A stretch of 64,000 nucleotides of DNA from Octopus vulgaris (lineage: Eukaryota): positions 46,004,001 through 46,068,000 of the forward strand of contig OX597825.1 in NCBI GenBank assembly GCA_951406725.2, in the 5' to 3' direction. The position numbers and the translations under genes are program-made. Every line of letters starts with the position of its first letter. The stretch's first letter is position 1. The notes beneath the pieces are model-generated. The model did not search any database and was not told the DNA's origin. It saw nothing but the letters and a program-made list of their open reading frames with translations. Of the stretch, positions 14,372 to 27,125 are shown one piece after another.

Positions 14372-15212
14372 TCGCTAAAGAGACTACTAACAAATGCAAA
14401 GCTTTACAAAACAACCACAAAACCAACGGTTGAAAAATGTGGGCGCCCGAACTGTGGAACCTGCCCCCACCTGCTTGAAGGCTCGGATTTCCTTTTCAAA
14501 CAAGGACAGAGGTTCACAATTAAAACTAGTTTCACCTGTGCCTCTGAGAACCTAATTTATGTAATAACCTGCTCAGGTTGCAGTCATCAGTACATTGGAC
14601 AAACGAGTTTAACTTTGAGGAAGAGAATCACTCTGCATAAGGAGCAAATCCGTTTCCTGCAATACAGACAAATTCCTCTTAGTGAACACATAGAAAAATG
14701 TGCAGGTAACATCAAACCAAATTTTACAGTCTTCCCTTTCTACCAGTGCAAAGACACAATCTCTCAACTAGAATGCTTAAATAAAGAAACTTTTTTCATT
14801 GAAAAATACAAAACGCGTCTTAATAAGCACGCATAACCAACTTTTATATTTTTATATTTTTACATATTACATCACTGTACATAAATCCCCTACTAAACAA
14901 GGCCCTCTTTTTTTAAACCTGTCTCCTTTCTGTACACATATTTATTCCCCACCCAAAACCTAAACAGTTATCTCCCTTACACACAACAATAAAAATAATA
15001 ACAACCAATTACCTCCCATTACTTGTCAACTTGTAAAATCATTCACTTGTGAATTTCATTACAAACAACATGGACCGAATTTCTTCTTAAGAAAGAATAT
15101 ATTTTCATATAAATTAATCATTATATCATGAATAGCGATCGCGAAACCGGTCGATACATTAAAAATTATACTATAACCATGTAAGTGTGCGTATTTTCCT
15201 TTTTTAATTTCT
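14372..15212 (+). mobile_element. Neptune-like PLE 3' fragment (GIY-YIG endonuclease + pLTR)
   Basis: KCGRPNCGTC linker finger, NLIYVITCSGC...YIGQT, LHKEQI, EHIEKC; stop at 14836; HHR-like motif at 15124; flanked by (TA)n. Confidence 0.85.
15124..15156 (+). ncRNA. Minimal hammerhead ribozyme with A3-U8 core variant
   Basis: tatc-ATGAATA-gcgatcgc-GAAA-ccgg-TC-gata. Stem I is tatc/gata; stems II and III are palindromic. Confidence 0.6.
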
Positions 15213-15905
15213 TATATATATATATATATATAAATTTTGTATGACTCTTATTTCGTCATTCTTTCTATCAGCCCTTTCACACTTACTTCATTCTTTCCAC
15301 TCTTCTTTCTTTTGTTCCCCATCTCTTACATTTCCTAGCTTTCTCTTCATTCTCACCTTCCCTACTCTTTCATTTCATTCTCTCCCTTTTATTCTTGTCC
15401 CTCCCTATTTCTTATGTCCCTTTGCCTCTACCTCTCTTCTCTCTCCCTACGTGATCGGTGTTCAGCCAAGCCAGACCTTTCTTTCTTGGTTCGACCATCA
15501 TCCATGCAACATCTATATTCCTCACCATGCCTGTCATCTCTTATGTCCCTGCCATAAGGCTTCACTCTCACACACGCCAGCTTAATTTAATTTGTCCTTA
15601 GTCGAAAGACACCTGTTGTTTATGTCCTGTTATTTGCATTTGTATTTGTGTACCATTTCTCCATTTTTTTTCCCGTCCTTGTTTTCATAAACATTCACTG
15701 CTTTCTTCCAAGGAATCTAATGCTCTTAGCTTAGTTTTTGCTTGGGGCTGGCCAGATTGGAGCAATCTTGAGTATAACTAGTTGAAATTGCAAAGATAAT
15801 CTGGAACTCGAATGAGGAAAGAAAACTTTGAATGACCTGTCCGTGTTTTTTCTTGTCCTTTTTTTGTATCATCTGTCTGGATGTTTTGCATTCTTACATA
15901 TATAT

Positions 15906-15960
<55 letters not shown>

Positions 15961-15961
15961 T

Positions 15962-16953
15962 ATCATCATCATCATCATCATCATTTAACGTCCGTTTTCC
16001 ATGCTAGCATGAGTTGGATGGTTCGACAGGGGTCTAGCAAGCCATGGAGGCTGCACCAGGTTCTAGTCTGATTTGGCAGTGTTTCTACAGCTGGATGCCC
16101 TTCCTAATGCCAACCACTCCATGAGTGTAGTGGGTGTTTTTTTACGTGCCACCGGCACAGGGGCCAGAGCAAGCTGGCAAACGGCCACGATCGGTTGGTG
16201 CTTTTACGTGTCGCTCAATAAAGAGAATGAATGGGAGAAAGAGAGTCTGAAATGTCGACCCAACAGAGGGACCAGCTATCCGAATTGATAGTACCTTGGT
16301 AGATAAAGCAATTAAAAGTATGAAGACAGGGAAAGTCTCCAGCCCATCAGGAATTACCACAGAGATGCTGAAAATATCTGGCAGTGTCGGCTATAGCCTA
16401 GTCACCCGTATAGTTAACCAGGTGATACACGAAGGAGTCATACACAATGTCTGGTGTAGCAGCACCATAGTCAACTGCAACAAAGGTAAAGGTGACGCTT
16501 TAGATACAAATAATTACAGAGGTATCAAGTTGTTGGATCAGGTAATGAAGGTCATGGAGAGGGTCATAGCCCAATTAATTAGGGAGAGAATCGGTTTAGA
16601 TGATATGCAGTTTGGGTTCATGCCAGGGAAAAGTACCACTGATGCTATATTTCTGGTAAGACAGCTGCAGGAGGAATACCTAGCCAAAGATAAACCACTG
16701 TACCTGGCTTTCATTGACATGGAGAACGCCTTTGACAGGATCCCTCGAAATGAGGAAACTAGGGATAGATGAATGGTTGGTGAGAGCTGTGTGAGCCATG
16801 TACAAGGACTCCGTCAGTAAGGTGAGGGTTGGCAACGACTACAGTGAAGAATTCTAGGTAGAGGTAGGGGTCCACCAAAGCTCAGTCCTCAGCCTCCTTC
16901 TATTTATAATAGTCCTCCAGGCAATAACAGAGGAATTCAAAACAGGATGTTCC
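15962..16953. mobile_element. RTE LINE fragment with 5' inversion
   Basis: Minus-strand 3' tail (15962-16212) abuts a plus-strand RT segment (NNYRGIKLL, QFGFMPGKSTTDAIF, FIDMENAFD). Confidence 0.8.
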
Positions 16954-17330
16954 TTATCTCTTATTCTACTTTATGTTTTTATTTCTTTTGTTGCTTTTTT
17001 CCAATTTTGCTAAATCATATTTATATGTGTATCTAATTTTATTATCCTTATTTTTACTTTTATTACTCTTCTATTACTTTTATTTCTTACTTTATTTTTT
17101 AACTTTTATCTTTTCTTTCTATCTTATACACACTAATTAAATATAAACTCAAACCAATCTATTTAACATTCTCTCTATGCTGAATAGTGATACAGTATGG
17201 GCAGATTTTTGAAATCCAACGAACCTTTATACAAATATACCTTTTCAAGGAGATATGATAAACCTATTATAATGGGTAATACTACGCATACTTTTTATTT
17301 TGTGAGGTAATCTTTGGACTAACAATGTTT

Positions 17331-17427
17331 GCGGCTGAAGAGAGCTTTAAACCATCTTTTATATCAATAATATACCTATGCTGATGTAATAACAGATTGT
17401 TTATAAAGCTTGAAACACGTGTACCAC
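17331..17427 (+). ncRNA. Hammerhead ribozyme with extended stem II
   Basis: gcgg-CTGAAGA-gagcttta...taaagctt-GAAA-cacgtg-TA-ccac; palindromic stem III ACACGTGT. Confidence 0.65.
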
Positions 17428-17452
17428 GATATCCTTTGTGTTCTGTTTTCAA

Positions 17453-17508
<56 letters not shown>

Positions 17509-17635
17509 TCAGTTTGCCTCCATGTGTGGCCCTACCAGGAATCTAAGACTCCAGATGGCATCACTCGGAATCATTGGCACACACAAGCTCTTCCACCATG
17601 CCAAGGGGTGATCATCAGCAGAGTATATATATATA

Positions 17636-17800
17636 GGCGTAGGAGTGGCTGTGTGGTAAGTAGCTAGCTTACGAACCACATGGTTCCGGATTCAGTCCCA
17701 CTGTGCGACACTTTGGGCAAGTGTCTTCTACTATAGCCTCAGGTTGACCTAAGCCTTGTGAGTGGATTTGGTAGATGGAAACTGAAAGAAGCCCATTGTA
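17636..17800 (+). mobile_element. tRNA-derived SINE
   Basis: A-box-like tggctgtgtgg and B-box-like ggattcagtccc, conserved body, (TA)n tail. Related copies at ~46658-46800 and ~55455-55500. Confidence 0.75.
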
Positions 17801-17840
<40 letters not shown>

Positions 17841-18048
17841 TTAAAAAGAGTGAAAAAACTACAGAAGGCTTGTGTTATAAAGTTAAAGAATATGTTTAAG
17901 TCATTATGTTAGAAAAATGTTATAAACTTTTGTGTATAGCAACATAGTTTTTTGGAGAAATAACTGGTTTTGTATTTTCTTTTCAAATTTCTTAAATTTC
18001 TTTACCTACATTGTGTCATGTCTTCACTATGTTGTGCAATATGGAGTT

Positions 18049-20233
18049 CTGTGCAACACTCAAAAAAGTACAAGAGATCTGTGGCCATTTTTATATGCAA
18101 AATGACATGGGAAATCCATTTCTGGCCTCTTTTTTTTTGTTGAATTAGGCATGGTTTCTACAGAATTGTCACTGTATACTCTTTTGTCATTATTATTAAA
18201 TAAAATTCTCTACCGCATTGTAAAATGGGTTTTCACCCAGGGCTAGTGATAAATTTTAGTAACACCTGTAATGTGATTCAAAGCTTGTGTTTAATGTTAT
18301 TTTTTATCATTCAGATCTTATTTGTTTTCAACAATGAGTGCAAGATAGTGCAAAAAATGATCTAAACAGATTCTGTTATATCTGTGGGGAATTGACTTTT
18401 GCTAAAGAAAAGCACAGTATTACATGCCATATCAAGAAAATATACAAGACGTACTTAAATTGTTACTTAGGAGACCAGGATAAGTCATGGGCTCCTCATG
18501 TGTGAAGGCATTGAGTACCTGGTGTGCAGGAAAAAATGTTCACATGAAGTTTGGTTTGCCAATGATCTGGTGTGAGCAGAAAGATCACTCTAATGATTGC
18601 TATTTCTGTCACCATGACTTTACAGACTGTACTATAGCAAAGAAAAAGAAACACATTGTTTACCCAAATTTGCAATCAGCAATGTGCCCTGTAGAGCACT
18701 GAGAAAATTTACCTGTGCCCAAGTCTCCAGATCAAGAAATGCTGAGTTCCAGCAATGCTGATGAAATTTCCAGTGGCGAATGACTGGAGTCCAATGATCC
18801 AAAAAGCGAGAATAAAACAATACCATTTTCTCAAGAGGCTCTAAATGACTTGTGCAGGGATCTCTATTTAACCAAATAGAAAAGTGAGTTTCTGGCATCA
18901 AGGCTTCAAGAACGTAATCTTCTTGAGAAAAGAGTGAAGATAACACTGTACAGAAAACGTAAAGAGGATCTGCTTGCATTATTCGCCATGAAGGATGACT
19001 TATGCTTTTGTAATGACATCACTGAACTTTTTGAGCCACTGGAAATATCATATGATAAAACCAACTGGCGACTTTTCATAGATGCATCCAAGGGCAGCAT
19101 CAAAGTTGTTCTGCTACACAATGGTAGCACTCTGTCTTCTGTTCTCATAGCTTATAGTACAACCATGTAAGAATCATATGAAAATCTAAAAGCAATTCTA
19201 ACAAGCATACAGTATGATGACCATTCTTGGCATATCTGTGCAGATTTTAAGGTTGTGATCAAGCTTACTGGCCTTTAGCTTGGCTATACTAAATTTTGCT
19301 GCTTCCTGTGCTTATGAAATTCCAGAGCAAGAGCTGATTATGTACACAAGGATTGGGCAATCCAAGATGAAATTGAGCAAAGTAAACACATCATGCACAA
19401 ACCACTTGTGAAAAGTGATAGAATTTTTTTTACCACCTTTGCATATTAACTTGGTTTGTTTAAGCAATTTGTGAAAGCCTTGGACAAGGAATCCTCCGCA
19501 TTTGCATATCTTGCAGAAAAGTTCCCTTCCCTGAGTCAAGCTAAAATTAAAGAAGGTTTCTTCATAGGTCCCCAAATTCGAAAAATTGTACTTGATGAAA
19601 CCTTCATCAAACATCTCAAAAGAAAAGAGAAGCTTGCCTTTGAGTCATTCAAGAAAGTTTACAACAACTTCCTGGGCAACCATCGTTCAGAAGACTATGT
19701 GCAAGTTGTGAATGATCTGCTGAGTCATTACCATGATATGGGATGTAACATGTCTCTAAAAGTTCATGTGCTTCACTCTCATTTGGATTTTTTGCAGAAA
19801 ATCTTGGTGATGTAAGTGATGAACATGGTGAAAGATTCCATCAGGATATTTCAGTGATGGAGTGACGATTCAAAGGAAAATGGAACCCTGGCATGTTGGC
19901 AGACTACTGCTAGGGTATAAAAACAGAAGATCACACTCCACACAAGAGGCTTAGAAGGACAAAAGTTGTTTAAACTGACAGATATGTTTTTAATTCATAG
20001 CCAATATATGTTTTGTTATACCAACTAAATTGTTTGCTTTGTTTTCTGTAACTTTCAGTATTTGCAATGTTGTGTCCAATACGCAATATTATGCAGTATA
20101 TTATAAAAAATATGGTTCATGGTACGGGAAAACGGTGCCTAATCTGGAGAAATAAAGGTCAGAATCAGAATCAGGGCAATTTTTTAACACAGAAACTTGT
20201 ACTTTTTTTGAACCTGAAATTTGTTGCACAGTG
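18049..20233 (+). mobile_element. Chapaev3-type (CMC superfamily) DNA transposon, degenerate
   Basis: Transposase remnants FCYICGE, DQDKSWAPH, WCEQKDHSNDCYFC, WRLFIDASK, GYTKFCCFLC, KQFVKAL, MSLKVHVLHSHLDF. Right end ...gcacaGTG followed by TAA; left end ctgtgcaaca. Confidence 0.8.
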
Positions 20234-21876
20234 TAATCAGAGATTTCTTCCAGTATAAGGGAGATAATAGCTTTATATTTTTTTTCAATGAGATGAGTTT
20301 CCTTGTTTAAAAATGTTAGAAATGATTAAGTTTTGGCTTATATTTTTCAATGAAGAATGTTTCTTTGTTTAATCTAACTTGTGTTTGTGTTCCAATAGCA
20401 CATTGATAGAATGGAAAGATTATAAATTGTGGTAGTAGTTGCTTTGCACATTTCTCAATATTTTCACTAAAGGGTATCATTCTGTATTCTGGGAATGCAA
20501 TCTGTTGTCGATGCAGAGTGCATCTGCATCGGAGCAATAATCCCATGAACCCTATGTAGTTTTGGTGGCAGCCTGAGCATCTTATGTCATAAATTAGGTT
20601 TTCTGAAGCACAAGTAAAATTAGATTTGATCTTGAAATTTTGTTCCTCTTTGAAGAGGTATTCTGATCCTTGTAGAAGGTTTGGGCATACTGTGCAGTTT
20701 GGTCTACCACATTTTTTTTACTTTTGCATCCATTATTTCAGAAAATAATTTTGCCTTTGTGAGGATCTTTTTTAGTGATTTAGGTTGTTTGTAGCTTTTA
20801 ATGATATTATGTATGTTTAAAATTTCCTTTAATTTGGGGTCCTTATGAAGCATTGGTAAATTCTGGGTGATGATGGTGAAGGCGTCTTTGTTTCTGTGGA
20901 TATGTAAGGCGGTATTTTCGGGGAAGGTGCATTGCTGTGTTGAACTTTTCTTAAAGTTTCTATGTCGATTTCTGTTGCACGTCTGATTCCATTCTCTATG
21001 AGTTGAACTTGGTAGTGTCTGTCAATTAGGGTGTTTTTGAGTTCTTGTAGTCTAAAGTTTCTGGTATTTTGTTCTGACACTATTGTGCATATTCTTCTTG
21101 CAAGGTTGAAGGGGATGTTTGTTTTAGTGTGTCTTGGGTGGCATGAATCATAAAGTAAGTATTGTTTGGTGTCTGTGGTTTTGTAAAATATGTCTGTTTC
21201 TATTTTTAGGTTAATTTTTTTAATTAGTATATCTAAGAATTGAAGCTCCTTTTAGTTGTATTCCATTGTGAACTGTATGTTTGGGTTGACACTGTTCAGA
21301 AGGTTTTTGAATTTTAGGAGTTTAGGTTTTCATTCCAGAGTATAAAACAGTCATCTAGAAATCTTTTTCAATTCTCTTTTATGTATTGGGAAAGGGGGTT
21401 TCCAAAAGTTGATAAAGATTCCTGGTATATTATTACCTCCAGGTAGCCCATTGTTAGGTTCATAATGACTGGTGCTGCCCTAGTACCCATAGCAATTCCG
21501 GATTTTTGACGGTAAAATGTATTGTCAAACATGAAGTGGTTATTTTGCAGGATGAATTCAACCGATTTAGTAATGAATTCTTTACTGATCCTATTTCTTC
21601 AACTACTACCACAATTTATAATCTTTCCATTCTATCAATGTGCTATTGGAACACCAACACAAGTTAGATTAAACAACGAAACATTCTTCATTGAAAAATA
21701 TAAGCCAAAACTTAATCATTTCTAACATTTTTAAACAAGGAAACTCATGTCATTGAAAAAAATATAAAGCTATTATCTCCCTTATACCAGAAGAAATCTC
21801 TGATTACCTTCCCCTGCCTGGAACTCCATATTTCACTACATAGCGAAGACATGACACGATGTAGGTAAAGAAATTT

Positions 21877-21915
21877 GAGAAATTTGAAAAGAAAATACGA
21901 AACCGGTTATTTCTC
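21877..21915 (+). ncRNA. Minimal hammerhead ribozyme with U3-A8 core variant
   Basis: gagaaat-TTGAAAA-g aaaata c-GAAA-ccgg-TT-atttctc, with a perfect 7-bp stem I. The mirror copy at 17955-17993 has GAAA>AAAA. Confidence 0.55.
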
Positions 21916-22071
21916 CAAAAACTATGTTACTATACACAAAATTTTATATCATTTTTCAAACATAAAGACTTAAATATATTCCTTAACTTATAACACAAGC
22001 CTTCTGTAGTTTTTTCACTCTTTTTTATTTTTTATACATCCAACCATGTGCTTTCACACACCAACTCTCTC

Positions 22072-22980
22072 TCCTATATATATAAAACTGTAGTTGTGTG
22101 AGTGTCTGTCCCCTTCGATTTAGATTCCTAACTACTCCCACATTTTGCGGTGCAGTTTAACCAAATTCGGGTATCCTATAGTCGTGATTCATATCAAGCC
22201 CGTCTGAGTATTAGCGCACGTCTATGATGAGTCTACGATTTAAAAAATAATTTAATATCATTTTTTTCCATTTTAACGCATATTTTTTTAATTGGCGGCG
22301 GAGTTGGCATCCATGCTCACACCTGCACCTGTGTTGCTTCTCCCCCTTCATCCCTCCCTCGTGAAGCTGTGGGGAAGGGAGTGTAAGGAAATCAACGTCG
22401 TAAAGCGTTGTCAAGGAGACCAGCGTTCTTTTAGAACAACGACTTCATGGCTTGAAGTCGCCAAAACAGAAAGCGCTAAAAAAGCTGAAACAGATCCACA
22501 AAAATGGTAAAAACCGCCACACAGGGCAGGTTTCCTGTGCAACCAATTTGCACAACCGAATGTTTTAGTTGTTGCACAAATCTTTATATATAAAAGTGAA
22601 GTTGTGTGTCTGTCTCCTACGATTTAGATTCCTAACTACTCCCACATTTTGCGGTGCAGTTTAACCAAAACCGGGTATCTTATAGTTGTGATTCATATCG
22701 AGCCCTTCTGGGTATTAGCACGCGTCTACGATGACTCTATGATTTAAAAAAAAAAATTACCATCATTTTTTCCATTTTAATGCATTTTTTCGCTATTATA
22801 TAAGGGAAGTAACTCTCTAAAAATGTCTACGATGAGTCAACCATTTAAAAAAAAAATTACCATCATTTTTTTATTCCATTTTTAATGCAGTTTTTTGCTT
22901 TTATTTGGCTATAACAAACTAAAAATGCTTATATAGTTATTTCCCTTACAAACCCGAGCAACGCCGGGCGATACTGCTAG
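22072..22980 (+). mobile_element. Non-autonomous Helitron, composite with two 5' ends
   Basis: A|TC start at 22581; 3' hairpin cccgagcaacgccggg then CTAG|T at 22977-22981. A second, homologous 5' segment starts at ~22072. Confidence 0.8.
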
Positions 22981-23108
22981 TATATATATATATATATAAA
23001 GTATAGAAGCCATCTTATCATGGCTAACCACATTGGGGATAAGATGGCTTCTATACTTTACATTATGAAGCGATTACTGTTTCAATCTCATTCTGAGATT
23101 TAATTATG

Positions 23109-23159
<51 letters not shown>

Positions 23160-23164
<5 letters not shown>

Positions 23165-23380
23165 ATGTTTGTGTGTCTGTGTTTGTCCCCCCACCACATC
23201 GCTTGACAACTGATGCTGGTGTGTTTATGTCCCCCGTAACTTAGCGGTTTGGCAAAAGTGACTGATAGAGTACATACTAGGCTTACAAAGAATAAGTCCT
23301 GGGGTCAATTTGCTCAACTAAAAGCGGTGCTCCAGCATGGCCACACTCAAATGACTGAAACAAGTAAAAGAGTAAAAGAA
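23160..23380 (-). mobile_element. SINE-like interspersed repeat
   Basis: Homologous to 2625-2850 in opposite orientation; bounded by microsatellite. Confidence 0.6.
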
Positions 23381-23399
23381 AATATATATGTTCTGAGAA

Positions 23400-24100
23400 G
23401 AAAACAGCTGGCTCACTAACAGGCAGCATGACTTTGTCCAGGACAGGAGTTGCTCCTTACAGATACACTAAGTATTGAAACAATAATTCAATCCTTCAAA
23501 TGTGGATGTGGTATATCTTGACTATGCCAAAGCCTTCAACAAAGTCGATTACAGGATGATATGCAACAAAATGCAAGACATTGGTATTGTTTGTAAGCTA
23601 GGAGAAGGGCTGCACAATTTTTTAGAAGATATGAGTAAGGAAGTTGAAGCCAATGGTACTGTCTCACTCTCTCACTTTGAGGAGACATCAATCCTCAGTG
23701 AAGTCCCTAAGGGAACTGTACTGGGGCAACTACTGTTCTTAGTTGTTCTCTGAGACATGCCTTCAGTCATATGCCAGCCACTTTCACTATCTATGTCGAT
23801 GATACAAAAGTATCACAAATAATCAAGGACTCTGAAGACACGTCAAAACTACAAAATAATTTGAATGCAATATACATGTGAGAAAACAATATGCTGTTCA
23901 ATGCTGACAAGTTTCAAGCACTCCAATATCAACCAACAAACAGACTGCAATCAAAATATACAGAACCAGTGGGTATTTCAGTTCCGGAGTCAGAGTTAGT
24001 GCATTATCTGGGAGTTCACATGAGTGTGCATATTTACTAAGCAGGTAATAATACACAGGTGACCAACTAGTTGGGTTCTTAGACCATTCAGAACAGGGGC
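23400..24100 (+). pseudogene. CR1-type RT fragment
   Basis: DVVYLDYAKAFNKVD, VPKGTVLGQLLFL, YVDDTK. Confidence 0.75.
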
Positions 24101-25753
24101 AGACTGAGCCATCTGTCAATTGGGCACTGCCTGAGTGTCCACACTCTACATGTTAACTCTATTAAAATACACATTCAAAGGCCATAACTCATGCCGTTTC
24201 TCCCCTCCCCTCTCTCTGTTTTGTGTAATTTGAATAAGATTTGACTGCTATTTCTAACAGGTGGAAAGAGCTGATAGTAGCACCCTTACTAGATTCCGAG
24301 GGGTTAGGGAGAGGAGTTTTGAAAAATTCACATGATCCGACTCCCCCCCCCCCGTATCTTTCAAGCAAATAGATATCTTTTGATGAAAGTTTGTACAAAT
24401 TCCTTTCAAACAGCATAGATTATGATTATAAAAAGATTAGTAGGGGAAATTTTTGAAGTGGGTGGGAAGAGGAGTTTTGAATTAAGAAGACCACATAAAT
24501 TGAATTTCTCCATTTTGACGGCAATTTTTTCAATTTTTTTCCCCCACAGCCTTCGAAATGATAGGAGACATCTTTTTATGCAAAAAATGTTTTGGAACTA
24601 TTTTTTTACTCCCACCCCATTATCATCACTTTTTTGCACTTAAAAACCATAAAAGGAGCCTTTTTGGTAAAAAACAATAATAATAAAAAAGAATTGCAAA
24701 TATTTTCAGAAGAAAAAGTGTGTGATTTAAGGGAGAATTGGCTGTTGTTTCTAGCAACACAACCCACCTAGTTTCTTTCTCGCTGTCGCATATATTGATG
24801 CTTTTCAATATTTTTCTTCCTATAAACACATTAATGTTATAAAAAACAAAATTTGAAAATTTATGAGTGTTTTCAACCCCACTTCCTGTCCCTGATTGTT
24901 TCTGTTTATAATTTAGAATATTGGAGAGCCTGAGAAGGGCATTGCTGGCATTTATCCAAAGTGATTTTAAAAAAAGAGATATAAAAGATAATTAATTTAA
25001 TTGCATACTTTTCTGTTAGAAAATATTTTTCTTACACACACACACACACACACACAGTGCCTTGCTTGATTGATGTGGGGGTAAAAATTTAAATTACCAT
25101 TTTCTTTTTTGTTACTTATATCCCACCAGTTGACTGTGTGTGTGTTACTTTGACATTATCATTCCATAAAATGTGTTTAATGAGAGAAAAATAGGTATTA
25201 TTTGATCCTTTCACCCACATGATTTTCACTAAGAAGTAAAAAAAATCAGATTTTTTGCATGGAATCAAGTACCCTGACATTCTAATATGCTGCAAACCCC
25301 TTATTTTTGTGCAGAAAATAAAGGGGTGGGGTGGAACTCTTGGAAATATCAACCCCTTTCCCATTTTCAAATAGTTTTTGCTGTTTCTTCCTTTACCCAT
25401 AATTTTAGATAACATTTTGCAGAAATACATTTTCAAGAGAGTGTGGATTACATTAGATTCAAAATTCAAAGAAATTTGAACTGAATAAGTGAAAATGCAG
25501 AGGTTATAGAAATTAGTGGTAACAAAGTGTGTGAAGAGATAAAGAATGATAAATAATTCATCTAAAAGAAACACATTAGAGTTTGTGTATGTGTGTGAAG
25601 ACAAGTAAAAGTATAATATTAAAATCTTAAAATCACTGGATATAATATATATACAATATACAATAATCCCACATTGCAGGATAGATTTGAAAAACTACAA
25701 TTTTATTATTTTGGAATGAAGAACACAAACATATGTGACTAAACTTGTAGGGA

Positions 25754-25804
25754 TTACTCCAATGAATTGACAGTAAGGTAATTGCTTTTATCAGAATTGT
25801 TTAC
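25754..25804 (-). CDS. Putative terminal coding exon of unidentified host gene
   Basis: Long pyrimidine tract + ag acceptor, then VNNSDKSNYLTVNSLE-TAA in phase 0. Confidence 0.35.
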   Translation of the reverse strand, partial: VNNSDKSNYLTVNSLE

Positions 25805-26185
25805 CTTTAAAGCAGAAAAAAAGAAAAACCAACGTATATACAGGTATGTAAAATATATTTTGTGTACTTTTTTCTCTCTTCATTCAGATAAGCTGTAGAT
25901 ATTGTTGCACACATGCATGCACACACAAACACAAAAGTTCTCCAAACATTTAGCTGTTATTTTTAGCATATCGAGTTTTGTGGAGAGAGCTTCACATTCA
26001 AAACAACCGTTCTTTTTTCACATTTAGACAGCAGGATGGCTGGGAGATTTGGGGTCGGAGTTTTTCATAAAAAATTTAAAATTAAAATTTGAATTTGTGT
26101 TTATTTTTTCCATATTCTTAATTTCCATATTTTTTAAATTTAAAAAAGAAAATTTTTAAAAACCCTTTAATTTCACATGAATTAC

Positions 26186-26203
26186 TTTGTCATATTCCTT
26201 ACT
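26186..26203 (-). CDS. Putative 18-nt micro-exon of host gene
   Basis: atttctttcag|AGTAAGGAATATGACAAA|gtaatt, encoding SKEYDK, phase 0-0. Confidence 0.3.
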
Positions 26204-26439
26204 CTGAAAGAAATATTTGCAGGAAGGTGAATAGATTGATTACATTGTGTTATCGCAGTTTTGTGAGATTTGGCTGTTATTTCTAGCATGTGGATAACCT
26301 GCTTGAAGGCCTGAGGGTATATATATATATATATAGAATGGTTGTAGACTGTCAATCTAACATGAACGTGACAGCAAGGGGGTAAGAATCGGATCCGTAA
26401 AAAAAAAATCAATATGTATCCATTTTACCTGAAGTAATG

Positions 26440-27125
26440 TCGGAAAAATCGGATCTTGTGAATTTTCCGAAAGTCCCTTCTCCACCCCCAGTGTCGTCAG
26501 CGCGCATTTTTTTTTTCATATTCGTTTTCCATATACTTGTTAACCCCCTTAAAATTAACAGGCTGGTTAATTTTTCTTTTGTTCCCAGGTGAAGGTCTTT
26601 ATACTGACCAATGAAACAAAATTGAAGCCAAAACATTAAAAATTATTGAAAGTGGGTAGAAATAAACACTACGTTGTGTAGTAGTACTACGCTAGGGTAT
26701 CTGTAGAAAGTTGAATGTAATTAGGAATATAACGAGAAAAAATTCGGATCTTGGGAATTTTCCGAAAGTCCTCTCCCCACCTCAAGATTTTACCCACAAA
26801 TTACTTAATGTATGCCGTTTGAGAGGTATCTATATAAAATTTCAATAAAGAAAAAGCACATTTTCCTAATAGTTACAAGGGAAAAACTCGGAGCTTGTGA
26901 ATTTTCTGAAGTCCTCTCCCCACTCACTTGGAAAATATTTTCCCTTCAAATTTCTTTAAAATCGTAATGTATGCTGTTTGAAAGGTATTTATATAAAATT
27001 TTAGTGGAAAACCCCCCCATTTTCCAAAAGTTATGAGGGTAAAACTCGGATCTTGTGAATTTTCCGAGGTCCTCTCCCCACTCTCCCGTTGCATTGCACG
27101 CATTTTTTTTTTCATATTCATTTCC
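26440..27125 (+). repeat. Repeat family with reiterated ~35-bp motif
   Basis: tcggatcttgtgaattttccga(a)gtcctctccccac recurs four times; related copies at 48100-48430 (reverse) and 55500-55940. Confidence 0.65.

Larger units (their letters stand above)
17833..22075 (-). mobile_element. Neptune-like PLE (RT + GIY-YIG) with inverted 3' copy, interrupted by Chapaev3
   Basis: Minus-strand RT motifs GIAMGTRAAP, RFLDDCF, DSCHPRH and GIY-YIG ending at 20316. 21597-22040 is the reverse complement of 20234-20440 plus 17833-18048. Confidence 0.88.

Noticed and set aside
17636-17710. tRNA gene
   Set aside because: A/B boxes are present but there is no full cloverleaf, and it continues into a SINE body.
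25116-25604. 162-aa minus-strand ORF
   Set aside because: No recognisable motifs; composition is typical of AT-rich non-coding DNA, possibly 3' UTR.
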